Shown here one piece after another: positions 28,408 through 36,912 of a DNA stretch of 64,000 nt (the stretch's first letter is position 1; the number at the start of each line of letters is the position of its first letter). Origin of the DNA: a virus (taxonomy: Duplodnaviria; Caudoviricetes). The notes under the pieces were generated by a model that made no database searches, was not told where the DNA came from, and worked only from the letters and a program-made list of their open reading frames with translations. A program made the translations under genes and the position numbers. The DNA is taken from positions 288,001 through 352,000 of IMG/VR virus record IMGVR_UViG_3300021978_000001; one strand, given 5' to 3'.

Positions 28408-28474
28408 CCCTTGCCTGGGTCTCCTGAACCCTGTATCCTCGTGAGGGAACCTGAACCCCTCGCGAGGATTTTTT

Positions 28475-28726
28475 ATGGGCAAGAAGAACCGACGCAAGAA
28501 ACACAACAAGTATGCCGAGCACTCCAAGACAAGCCACTGGACGCGCAACCCGCGCGGGTCTCGTGCTTCGGATTGTACCAAGAAGGGGCGCTATCCCACG
28601 CACAGGATCGCTCAGGAGCGTATCCAACGCTACCGTGACAAGAAGGGGGTCGAGCTGACCACCTACCATTGTCATGTGTGCCAGGGTTGGCACCTGACCA
28701 GTGCCAAGAATCAGCCCCAGGAGTAG
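28475..28726 (+). CDS. Small basic Zn-binding phage protein
   Basis: CTKKGRYPT...YHCHVCQGWHLT. Confidence 0.8.
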   Translation: MGKKNRRKKHNKYAEHSKTSHWTRNPRGSRASDCTKKGRYPTHRIAQERIQRYRDKKGVELTTYHCHVCQGWHLTSAKNQPQE

Positions 28727-28789
28727 CGGCTCAGGTGTGATTTAGCCTGGAGTTGTGAGAAAAGTCTGTTTTCTCGATGCCTTCTTAAC

Positions 28790-28828
28790 CGCATGATCAC
28801 TGCACTTGCAGGAGGTCATGCGTTTTTT
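28790..28828 (+). terminator. Intrinsic terminator
   Basis: CGCATGATC/GGTCATGCG stem plus T-run. Confidence 0.7.
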
Positions 28829-28851
28829 CGTGCTTTTTTTGTGTGATTGTT

Positions 28852-28880
28852 TTTACGGTCTAGGTACCTTGTGGTATCAG
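28852..28880 (+). promoter_or_regulatory. Early-type promoter with AAGTGTACG leader
   Basis: TTTACG-17-TATCAG then TAAGTGTACGGAACGAAAGACGACAACAC. Confidence 0.8.
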
Positions 28881-28940
28881 TAAGTGTACGGAACGAAAGA
28901 CGACAACACACCACGGCACGAAAGATAAGGAAGTGATACC

Positions 28941-29351
28941 ATGACGAAAGCAATCAACGCCGCAGAAGCCAAGCACATCGCAACCCAAGACACTCGCAAA
29001 GATTTCATCGCTTGCTGGACCCACGCGAACCCCACGGACTGCCGAGAGAAGATCTCGACCCTGTATGACATGCTCGTCAAGAACTGGCCCGAGATCACAC
29101 GCGGCGGGCACCGTGGCCAGGTGGGTCGCATGAAGCCCTGGGAGACGATCGTCCACACCTGCCCATGCTGCGGAATGCAGGCACAAGGCTTGGCAGACAT
29201 CAAAGAGCACTTCGGTCTTCGCTACTACAGCGCTCGCGGCAAAACTTACCTCCAGAGCTACTGCCGAACCTGTCGCCGTGAAGGCACCGAGCAAACCGGC
29301 GCCAAGTATGTCCGAATCAACCCCGAGGTCCGCGCTGGCTTCACGAACTGA
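28941..29351 (+). CDS. Zn-ribbon protein, related to 25302..25661
   Basis: CPCC...HFGLR...QSYCRTC. Confidence 0.8.
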   Translation: MTKAINAAEAKHIATQDTRKDFIACWTHANPTDCREKISTLYDMLVKNWPEITRGGHRGQVGRMKPWETIVHTCPCCGMQAQGLADIKEHFGLRYYSARGKTYLQSYCRTCRREGTEQTGAKYVRINPEVRAGFTN

Positions 29352-29370
29352 GCCTAGCGTCCCTTCCTCA

Positions 29371-29403
29371 AGCCTCGCCTCTCTCAGAAGGGCGAGGTTT
29401 TTT
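29371..29403 (+). terminator. Intrinsic terminator
   Basis: CCTCGCC/GGCGAGG stem plus TTTTTT. Confidence 0.75.
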
Positions 29404-29405
29404 CA

Positions 29406-29434
29406 TTTACGGTATATGTGCTTTGTGGTAACAA
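29406..29434 (+). promoter_or_regulatory. Early-type promoter
   Basis: TTTACG-17-TAACAA. Confidence 0.75.
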
Positions 29435-29484
29435 GAGCTGTACGCTGACGACACACACAGACGACACACACAGAAGAGGATACG

Positions 29485-29832
29485 ATGAAACGATTGACCT
29501 ACACGCTCAAGACCAACCAATACCATGACGACATCATCCTCGATGGTTATCAAGCGTCGGAACACTTCGGGGTCCACAAGAACAACCGAGGGTGGACCCT
29601 CACGCACCTCGCGTCGGGGCAGCGCGTGGCGTTCGGTAAGACGCGCAAGAGCTGCCAGGAGCTTGCGCAAGCGCTCGAACCCTACGTGGTCGAGGCTCAT
29701 GCAAAGGTCGAGGCACAGGGGAGCCTGGAGGCGCTGTTCGATGATAGCGAGCTGCTCAAGACTTTCCAGGACGCGTTCATGACCGAAGAGACGCGCGCGA
29801 TTATCGCCGCGCACAAGAAAGCCAACGGATAA
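29485..29832 (+). CDS. Hypothetical protein
   Basis: RBS GAGGA; WTLTHLASG motif. Confidence 0.8.
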   Translation: MKRLTYTLKTNQYHDDIILDGYQASEHFGVHKNNRGWTLTHLASGQRVAFGKTRKSCQELAQALEPYVVEAHAKVEAQGSLEALFDDSELLKTFQDAFMTEETRAIIAAHKKANG

Positions 29833-29885
29833 TGCGCAACGCACGCGCAACACGAACACGCGCAACACAAAAGAGGAGTAGACGC

Positions 29886-30203
29886 ATGTACGACAATGAA
29901 ACGCTCGCAGAGGAAGCCAACAACGTGGCGGAGTATGCCGAACTTGGCACGGGCTGGTGGCTCGAAGTCAAGGATACCGAGAACCCCGCTCACGCGCGCG
30001 TAGAGCGCTACCACTACAACCCTGAAACCATGGAGCGCCTCGCTCTTGTCGAGGACTTCCTCGTGGACCGTGCGTACTTTCACGGCAACATGAAACGACT
30101 CCCGGATGGTTGCACGGTCGAGCAGATGGTGCGAGCATGCGCGTTGAGCCATCCCGATGTGATGGGTATCAGTGATGCGCTTCCACGTCGAGCACAGCCA
30201 TGA
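29886..30203 (+). CDS. Hypothetical protein
   Basis: RBS GAGGAG. Confidence 0.75.
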   Translation: MYDNETLAEEANNVAEYAELGTGWWLEVKDTENPAHARVERYHYNPETMERLALVEDFLVDRAYFHGNMKRLPDGCTVEQMVRACALSHPDVMGISDALPRRAQP

Positions 30204-30742
30204 ATCCTCTTCACCCTGTATTGTTTCTGGACGTGGATGGTGTGCTTAACACGCGCACGTACCTGTACGAACAGAAGCTCAAGCTCGATATGCCTGACGC
30301 TCTTCCCGCGCCTCCCTTTTCGCATCGTATCGACTTCGAGATGGACCCTGCGCGTGTGGCTGTGCTCAACCGCATCTTCGACGCTGTGCCGAATCTCCAG
30401 CTCGTGTACTCGACGTTCTGGCGAGGTATCGACAAGGTAGGTGAGGCGGGTATCACGCGCGCGCTGGATAGCCATGGCTTCCGCTACACCGAGCGTTGCA
30501 TCGGTATCACGCCCACGCGCAAGACCGAAGACGGGCGCCCGCAAGAGATCGCGAACTGGTTCGTGGATAACCCGACCTTTTCCGGCTGGGCTATCGTGGT
30601 CGATGATTGCCAGGGGATCGCGGCCTTTGCGGTTCGTTCGGATCGTCCGTTCTTCCCCGTCGTGACCAGCATGGATGCAGGCGGACTTACCGATGCTCAT
30701 GTGGATCGTCTCCTCGAAGACATCAAGGCTTTGTTACCATGA
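30200..30742 (+). CDS. HAD-superfamily protein, Swiss-army-knife RNA-repair type (HAD_SAK-like)
   Basis: VLFLDVDGVLN, VYSTFWR, RPQEIANW, IVVDD. Confidence 0.85.
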   Translation: MNPLHPVLFLDVDGVLNTRTYLYEQKLKLDMPDALPAPPFSHRIDFEMDPARVAVLNRIFDAVPNLQLVYSTFWRGIDKVGEAGITRALDSHGFRYTERCIGITPTRKTEDGRPQEIANWFVDNPTFSGWAIVVDDCQGIAAFAVRSDRPFFPVVTSMDAGGLTDAHVDRLLEDIKALLP

Positions 30743-31584
30743 CCGAGTTTCTCCCCCGTTCGCTGTATCATGACCCGCGCTTGTGGTGGTTCATTCTCCC
30801 GGAGGGGAGCCGTTACGAAACCACCCAGGCGCTCGCGGAAACGATTCACCCTGCGCACGTGATCCCGGTATGTCGGGTGCTGGGTCAGAAGGTTCATGTG
30901 CGTCCAGGGTCCTCGCAGTTTATGGACGTGGTGCATCGCGGCGCCCCGGATAGACTCGCAGACCTCGCTACATGGTTCGAGGCGTCACAAAAGACGCGTT
31001 CTTATGAGGTCGAGTATGTCGAGTACAACTTCGAGCTGAACACGATCCTGGTCAGGGAGAGCCAGGAGCAGCTTGACATAAGAAAAATTCGCCTCCTGGG
31101 AGATCCTGACGAGCAGGAGCGGTTCACGTTTAAACATCACAACGGTGACTTTTGGTACGCTGTGAATGGTGATAGCAGTCGCTCCAGGGTGTATTACGTG
31201 TGTTACGAGTCCTACCTCGGTCCCGTGAAGCTGGGCTCTATCAAAGAAGGCCGCACCGATGCCTGGGATGCCGTAGAGGGTGACCCCCTTTATGCAGGGA
31301 TATTCGGGCGCCCACACGACTTCTTGCGTTGTGAGTGTTGCAAGGGCAAGCTCACCTATTACGAGCGCCAGTTCTCGGTGAATCATTGGGTACGGACTTT
31401 CGAGGATCGGGACGCCCCTGGACGCCCCTGGAAACAAAACATGGAGGTCTGGCGCCTACACTGGGCAACGTGCTTGAAGTGTCACCCCTGGCGCGGGAGC
31501 TTGACGTTATGTGGAAACGATGGTATGGAAGGGGCTATCACGCTCGCAGGGTCGGGCAACTTGACACTTATGGAGGACACATGA
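30739..31584 (+). CDS. Hypothetical protein with C-terminal CxxC pairs
   Basis: ATGA overlap; CECC ... CLKC. Confidence 0.75.
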   Translation: MTEFLPRSLYHDPRLWWFILPEGSRYETTQALAETIHPAHVIPVCRVLGQKVHVRPGSSQFMDVVHRGAPDRLADLATWFEASQKTRSYEVEYVEYNFELNTILVRESQEQLDIRKIRLLGDPDEQERFTFKHHNGDFWYAVNGDSSRSRVYYVCYESYLGPVKLGSIKEGRTDAWDAVEGDPLYAGIFGRPHDFLRCECCKGKLTYYERQFSVNHWVRTFEDRDAPGRPWKQNMEVWRLHWATCLKCHPWRGSLTLCGNDGMEGAITLAGSGNLTLMEDT

Positions 31585-31979
31585 CGGGCTTGGCGATACT
31601 TGTGGGGCACTTGGTTGGGGATTACTTGTGGCAAAACGATTGGATGGCCAATCGAAAGGTCTACAAGAAGGATGATCCCTTGACACACTCACGGCTTCCC
31701 TGTCTCGTGCATGTGTTCCTCTACACGTTGGCAACAGCCCTGGCGGTAGAAGTGACCAACGCACTGCTGGGCAACGAAGCATGGCCCTGGTGGGCGTGGG
31801 CGATCATCGCGGGGACGCACTATCCCATGGATCGCTATCGGCTCGCCGCGCGGTATATGGACTTCGCAGGGCAACGCAAGTTCAGGGAAAACCTCGGGCC
31901 TTGGTCTCTCTTCATCGTGGATAATTCGATCCACATCGTGACATCATGGGCGGTCGCCCTCGCTGCCCTGGCATCTTGA
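31581..31979 (+). CDS. DUF3307-like membrane protein
   Basis: HLVGDYLWQNDWMA, LVHVFLY, THYPMD, DNSIH. Confidence 0.85.
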   Translation: MTGLAILVGHLVGDYLWQNDWMANRKVYKKDDPLTHSRLPCLVHVFLYTLATALAVEVTNALLGNEAWPWWAWAIIAGTHYPMDRYRLAARYMDFAGQRKFRENLGPWSLFIVDNSIHIVTSWAVALAALAS

Positions 31980-31986
31980 GGTTCCG

Positions 31987-32826
31987 ATGCCCTTGATCAA
32001 CCTGTTCAAAGATTATGGCGCGGACGCGGACTTCGCGAAACTGCATCGGTTGATTCAGGAAGCTGCGCACGAGCAACGCCAGAATGAAAGGCTTACTCAG
32101 GAGGAAGAGAGAGCTTCGGCCCTCGCAGCACGTGATGCGCTCGCGCGGGAGGTCGCAGAGCGCCCTCTTGTCGTGCGTCCGCCTGATGTGGGTGCTTTGG
32201 GTGTCGAGGCTTCGGACGAGATGGTGGATGCTGCTTCGAGCGAGGGAACCTGGGAAGATCTTGGGAACCTGGAGCAAGGTATCCCGAGGGATGCAGATCT
32301 GGCGCGTCAGCCTGCCCCTGAACCGTTGACTCTGGATAACGTAGGCATGTTCCTCGATACAGACGTGGACGCCTTGCGCACAGATGAGGGCATGCACATC
32401 CCCACCTGGGATGAGGATGACACGGATGAAGAGAGTGATGCGCTCGAAGAGGGCTCTGAAGTAGTGCCTGCTTCCAGTGATTCCACGAGTCGCTCCGTCT
32501 CACCCCTGATTCAAATCCGAAACATGAACACTGTCGATGACATCCATCGCGACACCCCCGCCTGGGAAGCGGGGTACACCATGGGCCTTCGAGACATGCT
32601 TGTCAGGTCCGAAAATTCCTACAGTAATGCTCTCTTCAAGAAACACTACTTCTTTATGTATGCGTTGATCATTTGGATCATGATGATGGCCGGGGATCTT
32701 TGTGATGAGCGCCCGACGTCCACAGAGATCGCCAATGAAAGTGTGCACCATCACGTGCATCATGCCGCACAGGAAGCCTTGATAGAGAGTCTGCGCTCGG
32801 GAGGTTCGCATGCCGTTGATCCATGA
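31987..32826 (+). CDS. Acidic protein with C-terminal TM
   Basis: MPLINLF start; D/E-rich; FFMYALIIWIMMM. Confidence 0.75.
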   Translation: MPLINLFKDYGADADFAKLHRLIQEAAHEQRQNERLTQEEERASALAARDALAREVAERPLVVRPPDVGALGVEASDEMVDAASSEGTWEDLGNLEQGIPRDADLARQPAPEPLTLDNVGMFLDTDVDALRTDEGMHIPTWDEDDTDEESDALEEGSEVVPASSDSTSRSVSPLIQIRNMNTVDDIHRDTPAWEAGYTMGLRDMLVRSENSYSNALFKKHYFFMYALIIWIMMMAGDLCDERPTSTEIANESVHHHVHHAAQEALIESLRSGGSHAVDP

Positions 32827-33193
32827 ATGGGTGAACCCCGAGGAAGCGGAAGAGGAAGCGGTACAGCCCTCGGAGCCGGTTACCCTGGTGGACTTCGATT
32901 CGCTTCGGAAAGAAGGTTACCAAGAGGGTTTCGCCGCAGGAGAAGAACGCGCCGCGCAAGAACTCGGTTCAGCTTTTACACACGCGATGTGGATGTGGTT
33001 TCTCGTGGGTTGTGGTGTAGGCTTGATTTTTGGCGCAGGTTGTTTGATGTCTGTGATCGAGGATAAGACGTTGACCATGGGTCCGATCCAGGCTCCGCCC
33101 GTCGTGGCGGCAGAGGAAGCAAGCGGTCTTATTCATGGTGCAGTAGAAGAAGCCTTGAGCCGTACCCCGCACCGCTTGCCCCGAGAGGAATGA
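32810..33193 (+). CDS. Membrane protein
   Basis: MPLIHEW start; EGYQEGF; TM WMWFLVGCGVGLIFG. Confidence 0.75.
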   Translation: MPLIHEWVNPEEAEEEAVQPSEPVTLVDFDSLRKEGYQEGFAAGEERAAQELGSAFTHAMWMWFLVGCGVGLIFGAGCLMSVIEDKTLTMGPIQAPPVVAAEEASGLIHGAVEEALSRTPHRLPREE

Positions 33194-33194
33194 C

Positions 33195-34022
33195 GTGCTG
33201 ATCAATGACATGCACAGAGGGTTGCCCGAAGAGGCGCGAGAAGAAAAACCCGAAGAGGCGCGCGAGGCAGGCTGGAGCTTTACCGAGCGGCAATCTCCAG
33301 GCAGCTTCGCGGCGAGACAGGCTGCATTGAGTCGCATGGGGCGTGTGGCGGATTCCCTCGATCAATCACGCGCCCGGCTCGAACGCTCCCGCGAGCGTCT
33401 CTCTCATCCTCTTCATCCGCTCTTCCTGCTAGAGAGTCCCGCGCCGCGCTTGGCAGAACCCCTGGAGACCGTCGAAAGGTTCCCGCCAGGTCCACCCATG
33501 CGTCGCTTGTCTGACGACTTGCCCGATGATCTCCCTGTGATCCCCTCGGGCGTTTCTTCGACATCGACGTTGGAGAACACCAATGTCGATCTCGCTCGTA
33601 TGCTTCAGACCATTGGGGTGTCTTCGGATGACTTCGCGCAGGCATTGTGGAATCAGGAGAGCGTTGTGCTAGGCCGCGTAAACGCGAACGATGATGGTGA
33701 GGATGATACCAGGGGCGAGGGTAGCAGCGAAGATGACATCTTTGCTCCTGTAGAGTCCTTGCGTGACCCACATGCTCTCGATGACATCTTCGATCCCCCA
33801 AGCGCAGAAGAACAGCAACGTCAGCTCGCGCTGACCAATGCACGCATTCAAGAGGAACTGCGAGAGGCGCGCGAGGCACTACGAGTCGCAGCTCAGATGG
33901 TCGAGCACAACGAGCAAGAGGCCCTGGGGTATCAACGTGCACTGTGGGTCCTCGGACTCTTTTGGCTCTTCGTGTTCGGGCTCTCGGTGTGTAGCTTATG
34001 CCTCTCGATCGCCGCGCTTTGA
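33195..34022 (+). CDS. Acidic coiled-coil protein with C-terminal TM
   Basis: MLINDM start; LWVLGLFWLFVFGLSV anchor. Confidence 0.75.
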   Translation: MLINDMHRGLPEEAREEKPEEAREAGWSFTERQSPGSFAARQAALSRMGRVADSLDQSRARLERSRERLSHPLHPLFLLESPAPRLAEPLETVERFPPGPPMRRLSDDLPDDLPVIPSGVSSTSTLENTNVDLARMLQTIGVSSDDFAQALWNQESVVLGRVNANDDGEDDTRGEGSSEDDIFAPVESLRDPHALDDIFDPPSAEEQQRQLALTNARIQEELREAREALRVAAQMVEHNEQEALGYQRALWVLGLFWLFVFGLSVCSLCLSIAAL

Positions 34023-34052
34023 TTCAACCGCGTTAGCCCAAAGGAGGCACGC

Positions 34053-34556
34053 ATGTACGCGAATGATGGCACGTTACCTTTCGACCCCTGTGAAGCCTGC
34101 AATGGCAAGGGAAAGTATATCGGCTTTAGCGTGATCGAGAACCCATGCAAGAGCTGTAGAGGTTTGGGGATCTCCGCCAACTCCGAGCGACCGGGCTTGT
34201 ATACCTGTAACCTTCTACGGCTCATCGAGCTGTACTGGGGACAGAATGATCCTCGTTGCACGGTGAAGGTGGTTCACAAGCGGGATTCCCCTTCTGCCAA
34301 CCGTCAATGGCGCCATATAAAGAACCTCGCAATAAACCATGGCGTCAGCGAAAGAGCGCCCTGGTGGTTTCAAGCCACCCATGCCAATGGTACCACGGTT
34401 CGGACGGAAGATTTCCCTCTGGAGCCAGTGGCGCTTCCCTATGAGGAAAACCTCTTACGCATGTGCGAGGGTAGCGCGCAGACGCGCGCGGCATTGAACA
34501 AACGCATCGAGCGCGTACTCGCGCGCAAAGCTCCCGTCGAGTCTCTCTTCACTTGA
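34053..34556 (+). CDS. Protein with CxxCxGxG Zn finger
   Basis: CEACNGKG ... CKSCRGLG. Confidence 0.75.
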   Translation: MYANDGTLPFDPCEACNGKGKYIGFSVIENPCKSCRGLGISANSERPGLYTCNLLRLIELYWGQNDPRCTVKVVHKRDSPSANRQWRHIKNLAINHGVSERAPWWFQATHANGTTVRTEDFPLEPVALPYEENLLRMCEGSAQTRAALNKRIERVLARKAPVESLFT

Positions 34557-34560
34557 CATT

Positions 34561-34670
34561 TTTAGGCAGAAAATCCGACATTTTCTGTGCAGGCTGGATT
34601 GGGCTTTTTTGCCTGATCACGTGACGCTGTGCGGTTAAGCGCGCGGTTCTGGGAAGTCATGGCAAGGCTT
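34561..34670. repeat. 110-bp non-coding element, copy A
   Basis: Ungapped match to 48327-48436; core AAAAT-NCGAC-ATTTT and GTTAAGCG.GCGGTTCTGGGAAGT. Confidence 0.85.
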
Positions 34671-34690
34671 CCCTTTTTTGTGGGAAAGTT

Positions 34691-34719
34691 TTTACGCCCC
34701 CTGGACCTTGTGGTATCAG
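34691..34719 (+). promoter_or_regulatory. Early-type promoter with AGGTGTACG leader
   Basis: TTTACG-17-TATCAG then TAGGTGTACGG. Confidence 0.8.
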
Positions 34720-34774
34720 TAGGTGTACGGACAAGATGACAACACAACGGCACGAGACGATAGAGAGGGATGAG

Positions 34775-35077
34775 ATGGTTTCCAACAAAGATCCGCGAGG
34801 CTTGTTCAAAAAGTACGCCAACGAGATCATCGAGCTTTCCAAAGAGAAGGATTTTCCGGTGCCTATCGACCTTCGCCTGTCGAAGCAAGACATCCTCGCT
34901 CGAATCGAGGGGATGGCACCCTGGGATTGCGTGGATTTTGTGATCGCTCATGTGAATGAGATTCACGCATGCGCTCCAGTGACCGAGGAAGATCGTTACT
35001 GCGAGCCCGAGCCAGACGACATCGACGCGGAAGCCTACTACGCGATGCATCGCGGCGGCGATTACTGGAACTTCTGA
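34775..35077 (+). CDS. Hypothetical protein
   Basis: RBS GAGGGA; alternative start 34736. Confidence 0.75.
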   Translation: MVSNKDPRGLFKKYANEIIELSKEKDFPVPIDLRLSKQDILARIEGMAPWDCVDFVIAHVNEIHACAPVTEEDRYCEPEPDDIDAEAYYAMHRGGDYWNF

Positions 35078-35101
35078 CCTGACCCCCAAGAGGAGACTGA
35101 C

Positions 35102-35566
35102 ATGTTGCAACATCAATACGAGCAAGAGAAGCGCGCCATCGAGAACGGATACTGCTGCAACAAGGGTTGCACGGGTCGTTGGATTCTCTCGGACTTCGAT
35201 ACCTGGCACTCCTGCAATCACGGAAACCCTGGCCCCCACCCTCATGAGCTGGAAGCGCGCTTCGAGGCAGAAGAGTACGATAAGAACGTCGCACCCTGGC
35301 GCGAGCGCTTCAAGAAGGCAGGTACCCAGCTCATGAGGCTCGGGTTCACCTCGAAGCAGGTGGGAGAGTTCGCTCGCTCCCTGGATTCAGAGCAGCAGAC
35401 GAGGTTGCTCGAAAACTACCGCCAGACCTACCCCGAGATCTTTGCCGAACCGCTGCCCGTGTACATGACCTGGACGCCCATCATCCAGACTCTCTACATC
35501 GAAGAGATGGCGCGTGATGAAACGCTTCGCCTCTCCTGGACCCTGGATGATTTCTGGGCTCACTGA
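35102..35566 (+). CDS. Hypothetical protein
   Basis: RBS GAGGAG; CxxxxCxGxWxxSxxDxWHxC motif. Confidence 0.8.
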   Translation: MLQHQYEQEKRAIENGYCCNKGCTGRWILSDFDTWHSCNHGNPGPHPHELEARFEAEEYDKNVAPWRERFKKAGTQLMRLGFTSKQVGEFARSLDSEQQTRLLENYRQTYPEIFAEPLPVYMTWTPIIQTLYIEEMARDETLRLSWTLDDFWAH

Positions 35567-35588
35567 GGCGCACACGAAGTCAGCCTTT

Positions 35589-35618
35589 GAAACCCCTCGC
35601 CCAAAAGCGAGGGGTTTC
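35589..35618. terminator. Bidirectional terminator hairpin
   Basis: GAAACCCCTCGC/GCGAGGGGTTTC between convergent genes. Confidence 0.75.
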
Positions 35619-35630
35619 TCGCGTCTGGGG

Positions 35631-35981
35631 TCACACGAACCCGAGGTGCGCGAAGACAGAGACCTTCTCGGTCTCCCCCGTCTCAGGGTTCACGCGCTCC
35701 TGCGACTGGCGCAGGCTGAACGCGTAGACGGGTGTCACGCCTATGGAGAGCAACGCCTCGTGCAAGGGATGCATCAGGAAGGGGGCACCACCGAGCATGG
35801 CGCTCTCGTGGCCCACAGCGAGCTGTGCGAGCGCTTCGGCGCGCTCACGAACCTCATCAGAGGTAGGAAGCTCGGTGAAGGACAGCAACGCCTGGACTGC
35901 TGACTTGTCGGAAGGCTCCACGACACCGGCGTCACGCTGCGCGGCGCTGGTGGGGTGTTGGGTGAGATTCAAGGTCGTCAT
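35631..35981 (-). CDS. Csx20-like protein (candidate cOA ring nuclease / type III anti-CRISPR)
   Basis: LNLTQH...Q..AG; AMLGGAPFL; GVTPVYAFSLR; EKVSVFAHLGF. Order and spacing match my recollection of Csx20 (LFSHxLTxxQ; LIQGDFG; GxxPVYATTxR; KxSxFKHVRF). RBS AGGAG. Confidence 0.6.
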   Translation of the reverse strand: MTTLNLTQHPTSAAQRDAGVVEPSDKSAVQALLSFTELPTSDEVRERAEALAQLAVGHESAMLGGAPFLMHPLHEALLSIGVTPVYAFSLRQSQERVNPETGETEKVSVFAHLGFV

Positions 35982-36073
35982 ATTCTACTCCTGTACACAT
36001 CGACGCTGGCCAATCCAACGTCGTTCATATGGCAGGAGAGATGTGCGTTGCGCGGCGCTGACACTTCACACAA

Positions 36074-36108
36074 AAAAGCCCTCGATGTTTCACACACCGA
36101 GGGCTTTT
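36074..36108 (-). terminator. Intrinsic terminator
   Basis: AAAAGCCCTCG/CGAGGGCTTTT. Confidence 0.75.
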
Positions 36109-36130
36109 AGGGGGGGAGGGGTAGAGAGGC

Positions 36131-36832
36131 TTAGAAGCCTGCGTGCGCCTCGATGAGAGGCAAGAGGGCGCTGCGGAACTCGGGGCGTGCGAACGCGAGA
36201 CGGATCAATGCCTCACCGAGCTTGAGGTTGCGCTTCTTGGCGTAGTTCTTCGCGATGTCGGAGATCGAAGGCTTCTTGCTCGGGTTGGCGGGAGGATGCT
36301 TGACGTACATCTTGAGCGCCTTGTCGAACTCCTTGCTCATCAGGGCGTTGACCTCATCCTTGTCGATCAGCTCGTCGCGTGTCTTGTCCTTCTTGACCTC
36401 GCGCCAGAACGTCATCTTGTCCTTGTCCGAGGGCTTCTTGTATTTCTTCTGGAGCTGTTGCAGTTCCTTCCCGGAATCATCCTTGTCCGAAGAGCTGTCA
36501 CCACCATCACCCTTCCACTTGTCGAAGAGCTTCTGGAAGAATCCCTTGCCCTCATCCGTGCTCGGGAGCGACTTGATCTTGACCTCATCCGAGCGACCCT
36601 TCGGGTTGGGGTTCTTGACCTTCTGATCACCCACTTCTTCGAGGAACTTCTTGACATCCTTGCCACCCTTGTCCGCGCGCTTGAGCCAGGTGTAAGGCTC
36701 GACGTAAGCGCGGCGGTGTTGAAGCTGCGCGTGCGCTTGACGGATGTCGTCTTCGATCAGGGGCATCAAGTGGGGTCGCAGCTCGCGATGGGTAAAGGCG
36801 AGCTTGATGGTTTCATCACGGAGCGTGCTCAT
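36131..36832 (-). CDS. Lys-rich protein bracketed by two LIRLAF-x3-PE-x-R-x2-LLPLI repeats
   Basis: N-terminal TIKLAFTHRELRPHLMPLI, C-terminal LIRLAFARPEFRSALLPLI. Confidence 0.85.
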   Translation of the reverse strand: MSTLRDETIKLAFTHRELRPHLMPLIEDDIRQAHAQLQHRRAYVEPYTWLKRADKGGKDVKKFLEEVGDQKVKNPNPKGRSDEVKIKSLPSTDEGKGFFQKLFDKWKGDGGDSSSDKDDSGKELQQLQKKYKKPSDKDKMTFWREVKKDKTRDELIDKDEVNALMSKEFDKALKMYVKHPPANPSKKPSISDIAKNYAKKRNLKLGEALIRLAFARPEFRSALLPLIEAHAGF

Positions 36833-36912
36833 GGTTTCTCTTCCTTGGGTGAGTAGGTGGACACACATACACCATCTGTGAGCTACAAACACATTATGCA
36901 ACGCGAGACCTC

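Noticed and set aside
34053-34556. DnaJ chaperone
   Set aside because: Only two CxxCxGxG repeats, with no J-domain HPD motif
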